A stretch of DNA of 64,000 bases from the NCBI GenBank assembly GCA_963842885.1, contig CAWJIE010000004.1:160001-224000 (forward strand), written 5' to 3'. The notes beneath the pieces were generated by a model. It saw nothing but the letters and a program-made list of their open reading frames with translations. It had not been told where the DNA came from and made no database searches. Position numbers and translations under genes: made by a program. This DNA is from an uncultured Nitrososphaerota archaeon (GTDB lineage Archaea > Thermoproteota > Nitrososphaeria > Conexivisphaerales > DTJL01). Shown piece by piece: positions 20,401 to 28,878 of this stretch. Position 1 is the first letter of the stretch, and every line of letters starts with the position of its first letter.

Positions 20401-20881
20401 AGCCTCCTGGATCCTTGAGGTCCTCGCCTGCTTCGATGAGCTGCTCATCGGAGAGGCCGAAGAGCGCGCAGAGGTTCGACTTTACCATCACGGGGAGGTC
20501 CCCGATGTGGAACTTCTGGGTGACCTGGCCGGCAGGGCCCAGTTGCGGATCGATTATTGTTATTTCGAGGTAGAGGGGAGCGCCGTAGGTGAGGTTCCTG
20601 AGCCTCGCCTCCGTCGGAAGGATGTAGCTTATTGAACCATCAATCTCGACGACGCGTGGGCGGTCCACTATGACCTTGCCGAACTTCACCTTGTAGGAGC
20701 CGCTAGCTGTCTCGATGTCGGCCTCGTTGACCTCATCTATGATGCTCTGGAGCCCCCGGGCGACGAATTCGTTGTACGAATTCAGGTGCTGCCTGGCTAC
20801 GCCTTCCTTCTTCAGTATGTCCTCTATTATCGGCCATCCGTCCGTAAGCGTGGTCGAAGAAGATTCCATCATAACCATCAA
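17500..20881 (-). CDS. rpoB: RNA polymerase subunit Rpo2 (unsplit B); single-base insertion near 18222
   Basis: ORFs 17945..20881 and 17500..18198 join across the invariant GDKFASRHGQKG motif when one base is removed. Confidence 0.96.
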
Positions 20882-21135
20882 CCCTCGACAACGAGGCGGT
20901 AGTAGACACTGGAACCGGCGGTCTTGCTATTCCGACTTATCTTAATCAGGTCGCCCGGTTTGGCCTGCAGCTCCAGGACGACGGGGTCCGTCGTCAGAAT
21001 GTACGGGAGCTGCTCGAAGGTGGCGTTGTACCGTTTCAAGACGCCTTCCACCTCGTCCTTCAACACAATCTCGTGCTTGGGCACGTCACGGTGAGCTGAC
21101 GGCTTGACCTCCTTGACAACTTCAGCCACGGGCAA
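20878..21135 (-). CDS. rpoH: RNA polymerase subunit Rpo5 (H)
   Basis: 'VPKHEI', 'QLPYILTTDPV', 'PGDLIKISRNSKTAG..YYRLVV'; start probably TTG 21135 or GTG 21129. Confidence 0.93.
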   Translation of the reverse strand: MPVAEVVKEVKPSAHRDVPKHEIVLKDEVEGVLKRYNATFEQLPYILTTDPVVLELQAKPGDLIKISRNSKTAGSSVYYRLVVEG

Positions 21136-21332
21136 CCACCTAGCTGAGATTGCGCTCCAGCGCCGGACAGGAAGTGCCTTAAAAACCGAAGATATGTAAA
21201 CATACAAAATTTTCCGCAACAATAGCGCCAGAAGGTGTGTATTTAACTTTTCTGTCCATTCTGGTTCCGTCTCGCGGGCCCCTTTTTGCCAAATACTTAT
21301 TATCTGAGACGGTGGGCGGGGGAGTGGTAATC

Positions 21333-22385
21333 ATGAAAGTCCCATCGTATGTCGGAGCCTTCAAGGGAAAGGATTTCCTGAACACTCAGGATTTCTCGCA
21401 GGAGGAGCTCAACCAGGTGTTGGACGCCTCTTTCGACTTGCAGAAGAAGTTCAGGGCAAGGAAGGAGACGCCCTACCTCCCAGGAAGGACGCTCTTCATG
21501 CTCTTCTACAACCGGTCCCTTAGGACGCGGAACTCCTTCGAGGGCGGCATATACCAGCTGGGTGGGCATGCGCACTTCCTGAGCCCCCAGGACGTTTACA
21601 CCCCCTCTCTCCCGGAGGACATGGTGGCCTACCAGACGGAGGCCATCTCGGACGTCGCCAGGGTGCTCAGCAGGATGGGCGACTCTATCGCCATCAGGAT
21701 CTACGGTGACGCCGCGAAATGGAACATCGGAAGGGGGCACAAGGTCATTCAGGAGTTCGCCAAGTGGGCTTCGATCCCCGTTCTGAACATGGAGGACGAT
21801 ATGTACCACCCGTTCCAGGCAATGGCGGACATCATGGCCGCCAAGCAGGCGTCGCCTAAGCTAAAGGGTAAGAAGTTCGTGGTGTCCTACGCCTACTCCG
21901 GCGGCCTGAAGCCGCTAGCCGTGCCCCAGAACGAGGCGTTGATAACCACGCAGTTCGGCATGGACGTCGTGCTGGCCCACCCGAAGGGGTTCGAGCTGGA
22001 GGACGTCGTGACGAAGGCCTGCAAGCAGAACGCCGACAGGTACGGCGGGAGCTTCGAGGTCAGCTACGACATGAAGGACGCGTTCGAAGGGGCGGACTTC
22101 GTTTACCCCAAGGCGTGGTCGCCCAAGGAGTTCTTCCCTCCGCACAGCGCGAAGATGGACAAGGACGGCGCCACGGCCTACCAGTCGAAGTACAAGGACT
22201 GGATATGCACCATGAAGAGCCTGGACAGGACCAACAAGGCCTACTACATGCACTGCGGACCGGCCGACAGGGGGCAGGAAGTGACGGATGAAGTGATTGA
22301 TGAGAACAAAAGGTCGCTGTACTTCGAAGAGGCCGAGAACAGGCTGCACGTGCAGAAGGCGGTAATGGCCATGACGCTCCCCTAG
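21333..22385 (+). CDS. YgeW/AOTCase-like (knotted-type) transcarbamylase, substrate uncertain
   Basis: SLRT carbamoyl-phosphate motif, HPFQ, 'YAYSGGLKPLAVPQ...FGMDVVLAHPKGFEL', 'ADFVYPKAWSP', 'YMHCGPADRG'. Confidence 0.8.
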   Translation: MKVPSYVGAFKGKDFLNTQDFSQEELNQVLDASFDLQKKFRARKETPYLPGRTLFMLFYNRSLRTRNSFEGGIYQLGGHAHFLSPQDVYTPSLPEDMVAYQTEAISDVARVLSRMGDSIAIRIYGDAAKWNIGRGHKVIQEFAKWASIPVLNMEDDMYHPFQAMADIMAAKQASPKLKGKKFVVSYAYSGGLKPLAVPQNEALITTQFGMDVVLAHPKGFELEDVVTKACKQNADRYGGSFEVSYDMKDAFEGADFVYPKAWSPKEFFPPHSAKMDKDGATAYQSKYKDWICTMKSLDRTNKAYYMHCGPADRGQEVTDEVIDENKRSLYFEEAENRLHVQKAVMAMTLP

Positions 22386-22467
22386 GCACCTAGACGCTAC
22401 ACTGCCGTCATTAGGGAGTTCCGCAACCCTAGTCTTAATAACGGGGGGATTTCAACCAAGTCAGAAC

Positions 22468-22565
22468 GGGCCCGTAGCTCAGCCAGGTAGAGCGCCGGGC
22501 TTTTATGGCCGACCGCGGTCAAAGCGACCCGGGTGTCTCGGGTCCGATTCCCGACGGGCCCGCCA
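22468..22565 (+). tRNA. tRNA-Lys(UUU) with canonical 37/38 intron (22506-22526, 21 nt); CCA encoded
   Basis: Cloverleaf GGGCCCG...CGGGCCCGCCA; BHB helix CTTT/AAAG with bulges TAT and CGA. Confidence 0.95.
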
Positions 22566-22995
22566 AACATTCTTCGTCCTCGCACTTGAGGTACTCCTTC
22601 AATCGCGGGACGCCGACGTACCCTCCCAGCTTCCCCGCCAGGGCGCTCTCCACCAGGGGAGAGACCTTCCCTTTCCTCATAGCCCAGAGGAAGGTGGGCC
22701 ACCCCAAGACGAGCACCATCCTATAAGGAGCCGACGAGGACACCAGGACGACCCTTCCCCTCCTGCAGTAGGGCTTAAGAGGTCCGGGCACGGTCACCAG
22801 GCCCAGGCCGGTCACTTTGGCCACCCAGTCTCTGCCCCTGAGGCGGCGAGCCCTAGTGAGGGCGACGGAGAAGGCCATGCCGGGACCTGCCTTCCAGTAC
22901 TTTCCCTCTTCGATGCTGGAGGCCAGCTCTCCGATTTCCCTGTGGGTGCAGCTGGGATACATCCTGCCCAGTTTGACCGTAAGGCGGGGGTCCAA
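22519..22995 (-). CDS. Hypothetical protein (C-terminus overlaps tRNA-Lys antisense)
   Basis: 158-aa ORF following the 23024..23527 ORF on the same strand; no recognisable motif. Confidence 0.45.
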   Translation of the reverse strand: MDPRLTVKLGRMYPSCTHREIGELASSIEEGKYWKAGPGMAFSVALTRARRLRGRDWVAKVTGLGLVTVPGPLKPYCRRGRVVLVSSSAPYRMVLVLGWPTFLWAMRKGKVSPLVESALAGKLGGYVGVPRLKEYLKCEDEECLAGPSGIGPETPGSL

Positions 22996-23023
22996 TCGCC
23001 CTTTGGAAGAAGCTCTCTCGGAT

Positions 23024-23527
23024 TTAAGCAGGACTGAGAGTAGTGACGGGCTCCATGTGAATTGTCATGTAGACGTCACCGCCGAAGAGCTCCTTGACCT
23101 TGTCCTCCAGCAATGTGACGGCATCATGGATTTCCGAGAGCTGGGCGGAGCCCTGCGCCACACAGCTGATGTTCACGTACTGGACGTCGCCCATCACTTC
23201 GACGGTGACATTCCTCAGCAGCAACGAAGAAGAGGTCGTGATGAAGGACTTGACCTCCTCGATCTTGTCGAAGACTTGGACGGTCTCCAGCGGTTCGGTG
23301 TGCACCACTATGCTGGCGATATGGCCGTTGACTTCCCTTATCTTTGCCTCTACCGTGTCGGCCACTGCGTGCACGCCGGCCACCGTGGCATGGGGGTCGA
23401 CCCCCACATGAAGGCGCACGTTGTACGAGCCATTCACTTCGGACACCGTCTCGGCGCGGGTTCCTATAAGGATACCATCACGTAGTCGATGAGAGTGGGA
23501 GCACGTCATTCTGTCCGCTTCGGACAT
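23024..23527 (-). CDS. Stand-alone protein of two tandem cation-efflux (CDF) dimerisation-like domains
   Basis: Two repeats of 'LHVxV...HxxxxxxExKI...VHxEP' ('IVVHTEP', 'MTIHMEP'); no transmembrane domain. Confidence 0.65.
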   Translation of the reverse strand: MSEADRMTCSHSHRLRDGILIGTRAETVSEVNGSYNVRLHVGVDPHATVAGVHAVADTVEAKIREVNGHIASIVVHTEPLETVQVFDKIEEVKSFITTSSSLLLRNVTVEVMGDVQYVNISCVAQGSAQLSEIHDAVTLLEDKVKELFGGDVYMTIHMEPVTTLSPA

Positions 23528-23689
23528 CGCCTGCGGAGGGCTTCGATGAGAGCGCGGGCTCCGCTGGCCGCCGCTGCTTTTGTCGATTCAACAGGACATG
23601 CTTTCAAAGGACCGCGAAGGAGCCGAAGCGCTTGGGAAGGTGACCATCGTAAAAGGATAAAAACCCCCTTTCAGACTTTCGGCAGTGGA

Positions 23690-23787
23690 GCCCAAGTCGT
23701 ATAGCCCGGCCTAGTATGTCCGCCTGTCACGCGGACGACGCGAGTTGGTCCAAGACCACGCGAATTCAAATCTCGCCTTGGGCGCCA
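23690..23787 (+). tRNA. tRNA-Asp(GUC) with a non-canonical T-arm intron at 53/54 (23745-23764, 20 nt); CCA encoded
   Basis: Acceptor GCCCAAG/CTTGGGC, anticodon arm TCCGC-CTGTCAC-GCGGA; strict hBHBh': GA-CGCG-AGT-TGGTC...GACCA-CGCG-AAT-TC. Confidence 0.93.
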
Positions 23788-24016
23788 TTTCTGTCGTTCA
23801 AATAGCGAGCGCTATACTCATGATGGGTTAGGCTGCTTGACCGTTGCTGCAGAAAGGGTCACGGTATCCTCTATTCCGCTCTAAGGCCATCTTATCCAGG
23901 TGCGGTAGCTGACGCCCAGCACACTCGTTTGGATGAGCTCGTGGGCCCCATCAGAAATCTGTGCAACAGTGAGGGCGCGAACAGCTCTGCTTCTGGTCGT
24001 TCGCCATTGTGACTTC

Positions 24017-24736
24017 CTACCCTCTGGCCCCCATCTGCCAGCCTAAGAGGACCAGGTTCAGCTCGCGCGCAGAGGAATCGTCCAGGCGCATCACATGGAT
24101 TCCGTTCACGAAAGCCAGTCCCACCTTTCTCGCCACGACTACCTTCTTCAGCCATGCCAAGTCCCTGGTCATAGATGTGAAGAACCAGTAGATTCGAACG
24201 TCGAGGCTTACCTTGAACGCGACCAGAGTGTCTCCCTGGTCCTTCATCATGTAGATATCGGTCCTGAGGTCTGGCTGGGTCTTGATCGTCCAGCCCTCGA
24301 CCCGGATGACCGGCAGGTACACACCAGGCTCCGGTTCCGCTGTCTCCAGCATCTCCTCATCTATCAACTCCTTCTCGATGCCGGGAGTCTCAACGCGTGG
24401 GGCGAAGTCATACGCTATCCCCATCCTTTCCCGCAAGCTACGGCTGGCTTCATCAATCTCCTCCAATACTTCGGCTTCGTCGTCGGCGTCGGCCAAGGCC
24501 CTAAGGAGGTCCTGCGTTCTGCCGTACTCAGGCTCCTCTCTCCTCAGGTCGGATTCGATGATGGCGCCGTCCCCACTAGTGAACTCCCTCAGCTCAAGGC
24601 CTAGCGAGCCGCACTTGCTGCAGGCCGAAGTCGCGACGATACCAGCTAGCTCTGCGGGCTGGCGGCGAAGCGATAGCGACGGGTTCACCGGGAAGGGGAG
24701 GGGTCCGCAGCTCCTGCAAACCACAAAGCAGACCAA
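24017..24736 (-). CDS. Hypothetical protein with N-terminal CxxC...CxxC zinc ribbon
   Basis: 'CRSC' and 'CSKC', acidic middle region; 239 aa. Confidence 0.55.
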   Translation of the reverse strand: MVCFVVCRSCGPLPFPVNPSLSLRRQPAELAGIVATSACSKCGSLGLELREFTSGDGAIIESDLRREEPEYGRTQDLLRALADADDEAEVLEEIDEASRSLRERMGIAYDFAPRVETPGIEKELIDEEMLETAEPEPGVYLPVIRVEGWTIKTQPDLRTDIYMMKDQGDTLVAFKVSLDVRIYWFFTSMTRDLAWLKKVVVARKVGLAFVNGIHVMRLDDSSARELNLVLLGWQMGARG

Positions 24737-24905
24737 TACTTGGTAAGTTCAGGGGAACCATCTGAAAAAGGTTGCCCGCCAGGGCGCGCTTCGCGTATCC
24801 AAGGACGCAAGGACTGCTTGATGAAATCCCCACGACATTGAAGCCTTCCCTCTTCACGGGGATGCTCGAAAGCTTATAGGGTAACGACGGAGCCATGGGC
24901 TGGAA

Positions 24906-25979
24906 ATGGCAGGAAGGCATGCGCGCGGCTCGGTCACCTTGGGCTATCTCGCCGTAGCCGGACTGCTGCTGCTCGTCGTCGCTACGATCCTAGTGGTCGC
25001 CCCCCTCGCCGTGGGAGACTTGGAGCCACTCATACAGGGCCTGGACCAGGGAGTGGGCCAAGTGCTCGTCGCCCCTGTCAACGGGACCTCCAATTCTCCC
25101 GTTCTCCTCTACGGCAACTCTCCGCTGCCTTCCGACTACTCCGTGCTAGTCAACTTCACTTTGCAGCTCATCAACCAAGACAGGAGCACCGCGGGCGGCC
25201 TCGCGGCGGTGAGCCTGGATCCGCAGCTGGCCGCCCAGCAGCACGCCTATAGCATGCTCATCAACGGTTACTTGAGCCACTGGGACACGCAAGGTCTGAA
25301 GCCCTACATGCGATACACCATTGCCGGCGGGAGTGAATACGTATCTGAGAACGTGGCGTTCATACAGGCAATCGGGAACTACAGGACCACCGCTTCGGTC
25401 GAAGATGCCGTAAAGAGGCTGGAGTATGAAATGGTCTACAATGACGCCTCACATGACTGGGGGCACAGGGACAACATCCTCGATCCGTATCACACCGGCG
25501 TTTCGATAGGCATAGCCTACAACGCCGACAGCGTATATCTGGTGCAGGACTTCACAAGCGATTATCTGAATTGGACGGCTCCCATAACCATGAGCGGGAC
25601 GGGGATCGTCACCCTCTCGGGGACCTTGTCCGGAGCCAACGGAGTGACAGGCGACAGCATACAGATGGTGCAGGTCTTCTACGACCCGACACCCTCTCCG
25701 CTGAACGCATCCCAGCTTTCGGGCTCTCCATACAATGGTGAATATGGGGAAGGGACTTTCGTAGCTGGCGTGGTGCAGCAGGGGTTCCTGGTGCCTCAGG
25801 GCGCTACCGTGACGGCGAGCCAGTGGGAGGCCAGCCAGACGAGCATTTCCATGACCTTCAACCTTGGACCTGTCATAAGGTCGAGCGGACCAGGGTGCTA
25901 TACCCTCTACATGGCATGGCAAAGCTCTTCAGGGGAGCAGATCCTTCTGACCAGCGACACGATCTTCGTCAACGCCTAG
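24906..25979 (+). CDS. Secreted/membrane-anchored CAP (SCP)-domain protein
   Basis: N-terminal TM helix; 'LINQDR', 'AAQQHA.SM..GYLSH', 'SENVA', 'HDWGHRDNILDP', 'VSIGIAY'. Confidence 0.85.
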   Translation: MAGRHARGSVTLGYLAVAGLLLLVVATILVVAPLAVGDLEPLIQGLDQGVGQVLVAPVNGTSNSPVLLYGNSPLPSDYSVLVNFTLQLINQDRSTAGGLAAVSLDPQLAAQQHAYSMLINGYLSHWDTQGLKPYMRYTIAGGSEYVSENVAFIQAIGNYRTTASVEDAVKRLEYEMVYNDASHDWGHRDNILDPYHTGVSIGIAYNADSVYLVQDFTSDYLNWTAPITMSGTGIVTLSGTLSGANGVTGDSIQMVQVFYDPTPSPLNASQLSGSPYNGEYGEGTFVAGVVQQGFLVPQGATVTASQWEASQTSISMTFNLGPVIRSSGPGCYTLYMAWQSSSGEQILLTSDTIFVNA

Positions 25980-26083
25980 GAGGGGCCCCGGCAGAGCCGC
26001 CTTCGCGCGCGATAGAGAAGTATTAATTACGCGACCTTGATAACCTTGGTTGGTGTAATCAGACGTCTAAATCCCGTGAAGCT

Positions 26084-26632
26084 TTGAAACCTATGCTGCA
26101 GAACGCGATGAACACGCTCACAACTGTCACCAAGCTCCTTGACGATAGAGAGTACAGGTTGAAGAACAAGGATGCGGAGGTGTTCGGCAAGATAGTCAGC
26201 GCCCTTAAGGCTAACGACTCGTCGCGGGCCAAGATGCTCGCCAGCGAGCTGTCCGAGCTTAGGAAGACGGAGAAGACTGTCATGAAGTCGAAGCTCGCGT
26301 TCAACGCCATCGTGCTCAGGATGGAGACCGTCAAGGACTTGGGCGACTTCAACTATATCATGGGGCCCGCCATCGCGGTGGCTGCCACGCTGCAGAAGCA
26401 ACTGGCCAAGGTCATGCCAGAGGCTAGCGGGACCATCAGTGACTCGTTCACCAGCCTGCAACAGACGATGTCCGAAGCCGGGCAGCTGACGGGAGGCTCG
26501 TTCAACGTGTCGTTGGCCAACGAAGAGGCCGAGAGCATCATAAGGGAGGCCGCCGCCGCCGCAGAAGAGCAGGCGAGGCAGAAGTTCCCCGAGGTGCCTT
26601 CTCGGGTCAGGCAGCTGGAGTCGGGGACCTAG
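26084..26632 (+). CDS. ESCRT-III/Snf7-family CdvB paralog
   Basis: Helical Snf7 pattern 'RAKMLASELSELRK...LRMETV..LGD...PAIAV...VMPEA...EEAESIIREA...KFPEVP'. Confidence 0.85.
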   Translation: MKPMLQNAMNTLTTVTKLLDDREYRLKNKDAEVFGKIVSALKANDSSRAKMLASELSELRKTEKTVMKSKLAFNAIVLRMETVKDLGDFNYIMGPAIAVAATLQKQLAKVMPEASGTISDSFTSLQQTMSEAGQLTGGSFNVSLANEEAESIIREAAAAAEEQARQKFPEVPSRVRQLESGT

Positions 26633-27057
26633 AAGCTTAGCATAGCTATTCCCGTCACAGGGTCCACCTTCCTTTCCAATTTCACACCATCGACCTCCAC
26701 CAGATGGACCTCTCCCACGAAGACTTCTGTTCCCCGCATGAGATGACCGCCGAATGCCTTACCCTCCCTGTCGGAGAAGACGACGTGGCAGTGTATCCTT
26801 GGGCGGCCGTCAAGAACGCCGAAGTTGCCGGAGCACGACACGATCTCCAGCTCCTCATTCTTGCTGATGTTGACGTACTTGTGGTTCGCCTGGTCGTAGA
26901 ACGTGAACCCGGCCTTGCCGACCGCTCCAATGGCGGTGAATACCCCTCCGACCACACCAGATTCGGCGGCTAGCTTCTCAAGAGACTCCAGGAGATCGCT
27001 GCCCCTCTGGAGGTTGGCGATTATCACTCTCCCTGCCCTGCCTTGGACTGTGCCCAA
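26629..27057 (-). CDS. PPC-domain (DUF296) protein
   Basis: 'GSDLLESL', 'AIGAV', 'EIVSCSGN', 'HCHVVFSD..G...GGHL'. Confidence 0.88.
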   Translation of the reverse strand: MGTVQGRAGRVIIANLQRGSDLLESLEKLAAESGVVGGVFTAIGAVGKAGFTFYDQANHKYVNISKNEELEIVSCSGNFGVLDGRPRIHCHVVFSDREGKAFGGHLMRGTEVFVGEVHLVEVDGVKLERKVDPVTGIAMLSF

Positions 27058-27249
27058 ATGATTGTCGCTAGGGAGGCAGCGCGGACCGAAATAAGAACGT
27101 TGACGAAGCCCTTCTATCCTCCTTCGACCCAAGGGGAGGGCCTCCCTCATCCACCCGCAACCAACCGTGAGGCTAGTCCGCGAAGGGCCCCATGCATAGA
27201 TGATCCCGGCCTAGCAAGTCTCCGGAAAGGAGAAACGGGTTGGATGCCT

Positions 27250-27410
27250 TTTCGTCGCCTATGGTGGACTCCCCCCTTATGCCCGGGATGGATCATGGTC
27301 TGGCCTGGGAGGGAGATCAGTCCTTTCAGGGAGCACGTCGCCAGACGACATAGCTCGTCCTCCTGAAGGAATCTCCTCTCCTGCGGAGTAAAGACAACTT
27401 TCACAGATGG
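27250..27410 (-). pseudogene. Remnant of a pyridoxamine 5'-phosphate oxidase-like (PPOX) gene
   Basis: 'FTPQERRFLQEDELCRLATCSLKG' resembles the PPOX N-terminus; similarity is lost soon after. Confidence 0.45.
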
Positions 27411-27442
27411 CCCCAGCGCCAAGTCAATGTAAGAACTGTTTC

Positions 27443-27985
27443 CTAGGGAGACTTCGGAGGTGAGGAGGGGACGACGAGACGCCTTCCGTTGTAGTCGACG
27501 TTCGTGACCAGGTCAATGGCTTTCCTGAGCGTGTTTGACGCAAAGCACTGCCTCTCCGCATCCCTGCAGAGCTTCTCTACACGAGCGTCGCCTTCGGTGC
27601 CCGAGATCTTGACGTCGTAAATCATATTAGTGAAGGCTCCCTCAATCTTCCTGTCGAAGTGGCCACGGGCTGTGATTGAGAGTGAGTCGATCTTGAGCTC
27701 TCCCAGCATGGAGAGCTTGGCAAGCTGGGTGAGAAGACAGGTCGCCGCGCCCAAGACGAAGTAACTTAGGGGTGCGGGGCCAGTGGCGTCACCTCCGCGA
27801 AACGGAGGCTCGTCTACGGTCAGGGGGAACTTGAACTCCGTGCCCTCCCAACAGACAGCTGAAAGGCGAAGCTGTTTCGCGTGGCTGGCGTCAACTCTGA
27901 CTGTGCCGATGGGGCGGACGCTGTCTGGGAGCAGCTCGTCATTGTCTTTTTGAAGTGCCTTAAGGTGAGATGGGTCCGACTTCAA
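27443..27985 (-). CDS. OsmC/Ohr-family protein
   Basis: 'VDEPPFRGGDATGPAP', 'GAATCL', 'AERQCFASNTL'. Confidence 0.82.
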   Translation of the reverse strand: MKSDPSHLKALQKDNDELLPDSVRPIGTVRVDASHAKQLRLSAVCWEGTEFKFPLTVDEPPFRGGDATGPAPLSYFVLGAATCLLTQLAKLSMLGELKIDSLSITARGHFDRKIEGAFTNMIYDVKISGTEGDARVEKLCRDAERQCFASNTLRKAIDLVTNVDYNGRRLVVPSSPPKSP

Positions 27986-28092
27986 GGATACGTCAGAAGT
28001 CTCAGGAGGGTGTCAGCTAGATATGTCTTCCCGAGAAGCGAGAGGTGATCAGGCGATCGCCTTTTAACCGGACGTCGGCATGATGCCTTCAA

Positions 28093-28839
28093 ATGTGCCG
28101 GATGCTGGCCTGTCTGACAACCGAGAGCCTGCCGGAAGGACTGCTGACTCAGTTTCGCCGACTTTCGCATGAAGGCAAGGTCCCCCCGAAGGCGACTCCG
28201 GGCCACCTCTCTGGGTGGGGAGTATACGCTTCTGACTTCGGAAGCTCGACCCTTCACTACCGTAGCAGGAAGGACGCATGGGATGACCCTTCGTTCGATA
28301 TAGTCAGGGAGGTCGTGGGGGATCTCTCGGGCGCCCGCGCGTTCATGGTCCACCTGCGAAAGGCGTCAATCGGCGCTCCCCGCGTGGTCAACAGCCATCC
28401 CTTCGTGGTCGACGGAAAGGTCTTTATGCATAACGGAAGCATAAAGGGCCTGTCCAGTTCCTTCTCGGCGTCGCGGGCAGCCGTCGGTCAGACGGACAGC
28501 GAGAAGTTCTTCCTCCTTCTGCTGGACAGCCTCGGGGACAAGAAGATGCCAGCGGCGCTGAGTGAGGTCTTGCCCAAGCTCGAGACGATGGACTACTCCT
28601 CGCTGACCTTCATCATGCTGGACGGCCCCTCACTGTACGCCTATCGTCACTTCGGAAGGTATGAGGACTACTACACGCTGTACTATGCTCAGACCCGAGG
28701 CTCCGTGCTATTCTCCTCTGAACCCCTGACTTCCAGGCTTGATTGGCATCCTATCGGGAACAGGGAGCTAATGCGGGCTCGTCTGGATGGGCGAAGGCCA
28801 GAGTTAGAACGATGCGTCATCCCCCAGCTCGTGGCCTAG
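28093..28839 (+). CDS. Class II glutamine amidotransferase (GATase_4/EgtC-like)
   Basis: N-terminal MCR, 'GWG', 'HLRKAS', 'NSHPF', 'MHNGSI', 'TDSE'. Confidence 0.88.
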   Translation: MCRMLACLTTESLPEGLLTQFRRLSHEGKVPPKATPGHLSGWGVYASDFGSSTLHYRSRKDAWDDPSFDIVREVVGDLSGARAFMVHLRKASIGAPRVVNSHPFVVDGKVFMHNGSIKGLSSSFSASRAAVGQTDSEKFFLLLLDSLGDKKMPAALSEVLPKLETMDYSSLTFIMLDGPSLYAYRHFGRYEDYYTLYYAQTRGSVLFSSEPLTSRLDWHPIGNRELMRARLDGRRPELERCVIPQLVA

Positions 28840-28878
28840 GGAAAGCGTTATACATTGCGCGACCCCCCGCCAGCCTGC

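Noticed and set aside
11746-20881. Programmed frameshifting or mRNA BHB introns in rps7, rpoB and other broken genes
   Set aside because: The breaks examined are fixed by one base, with no shared slippery motif or BHB structure; the number and distribution fit sequencing error
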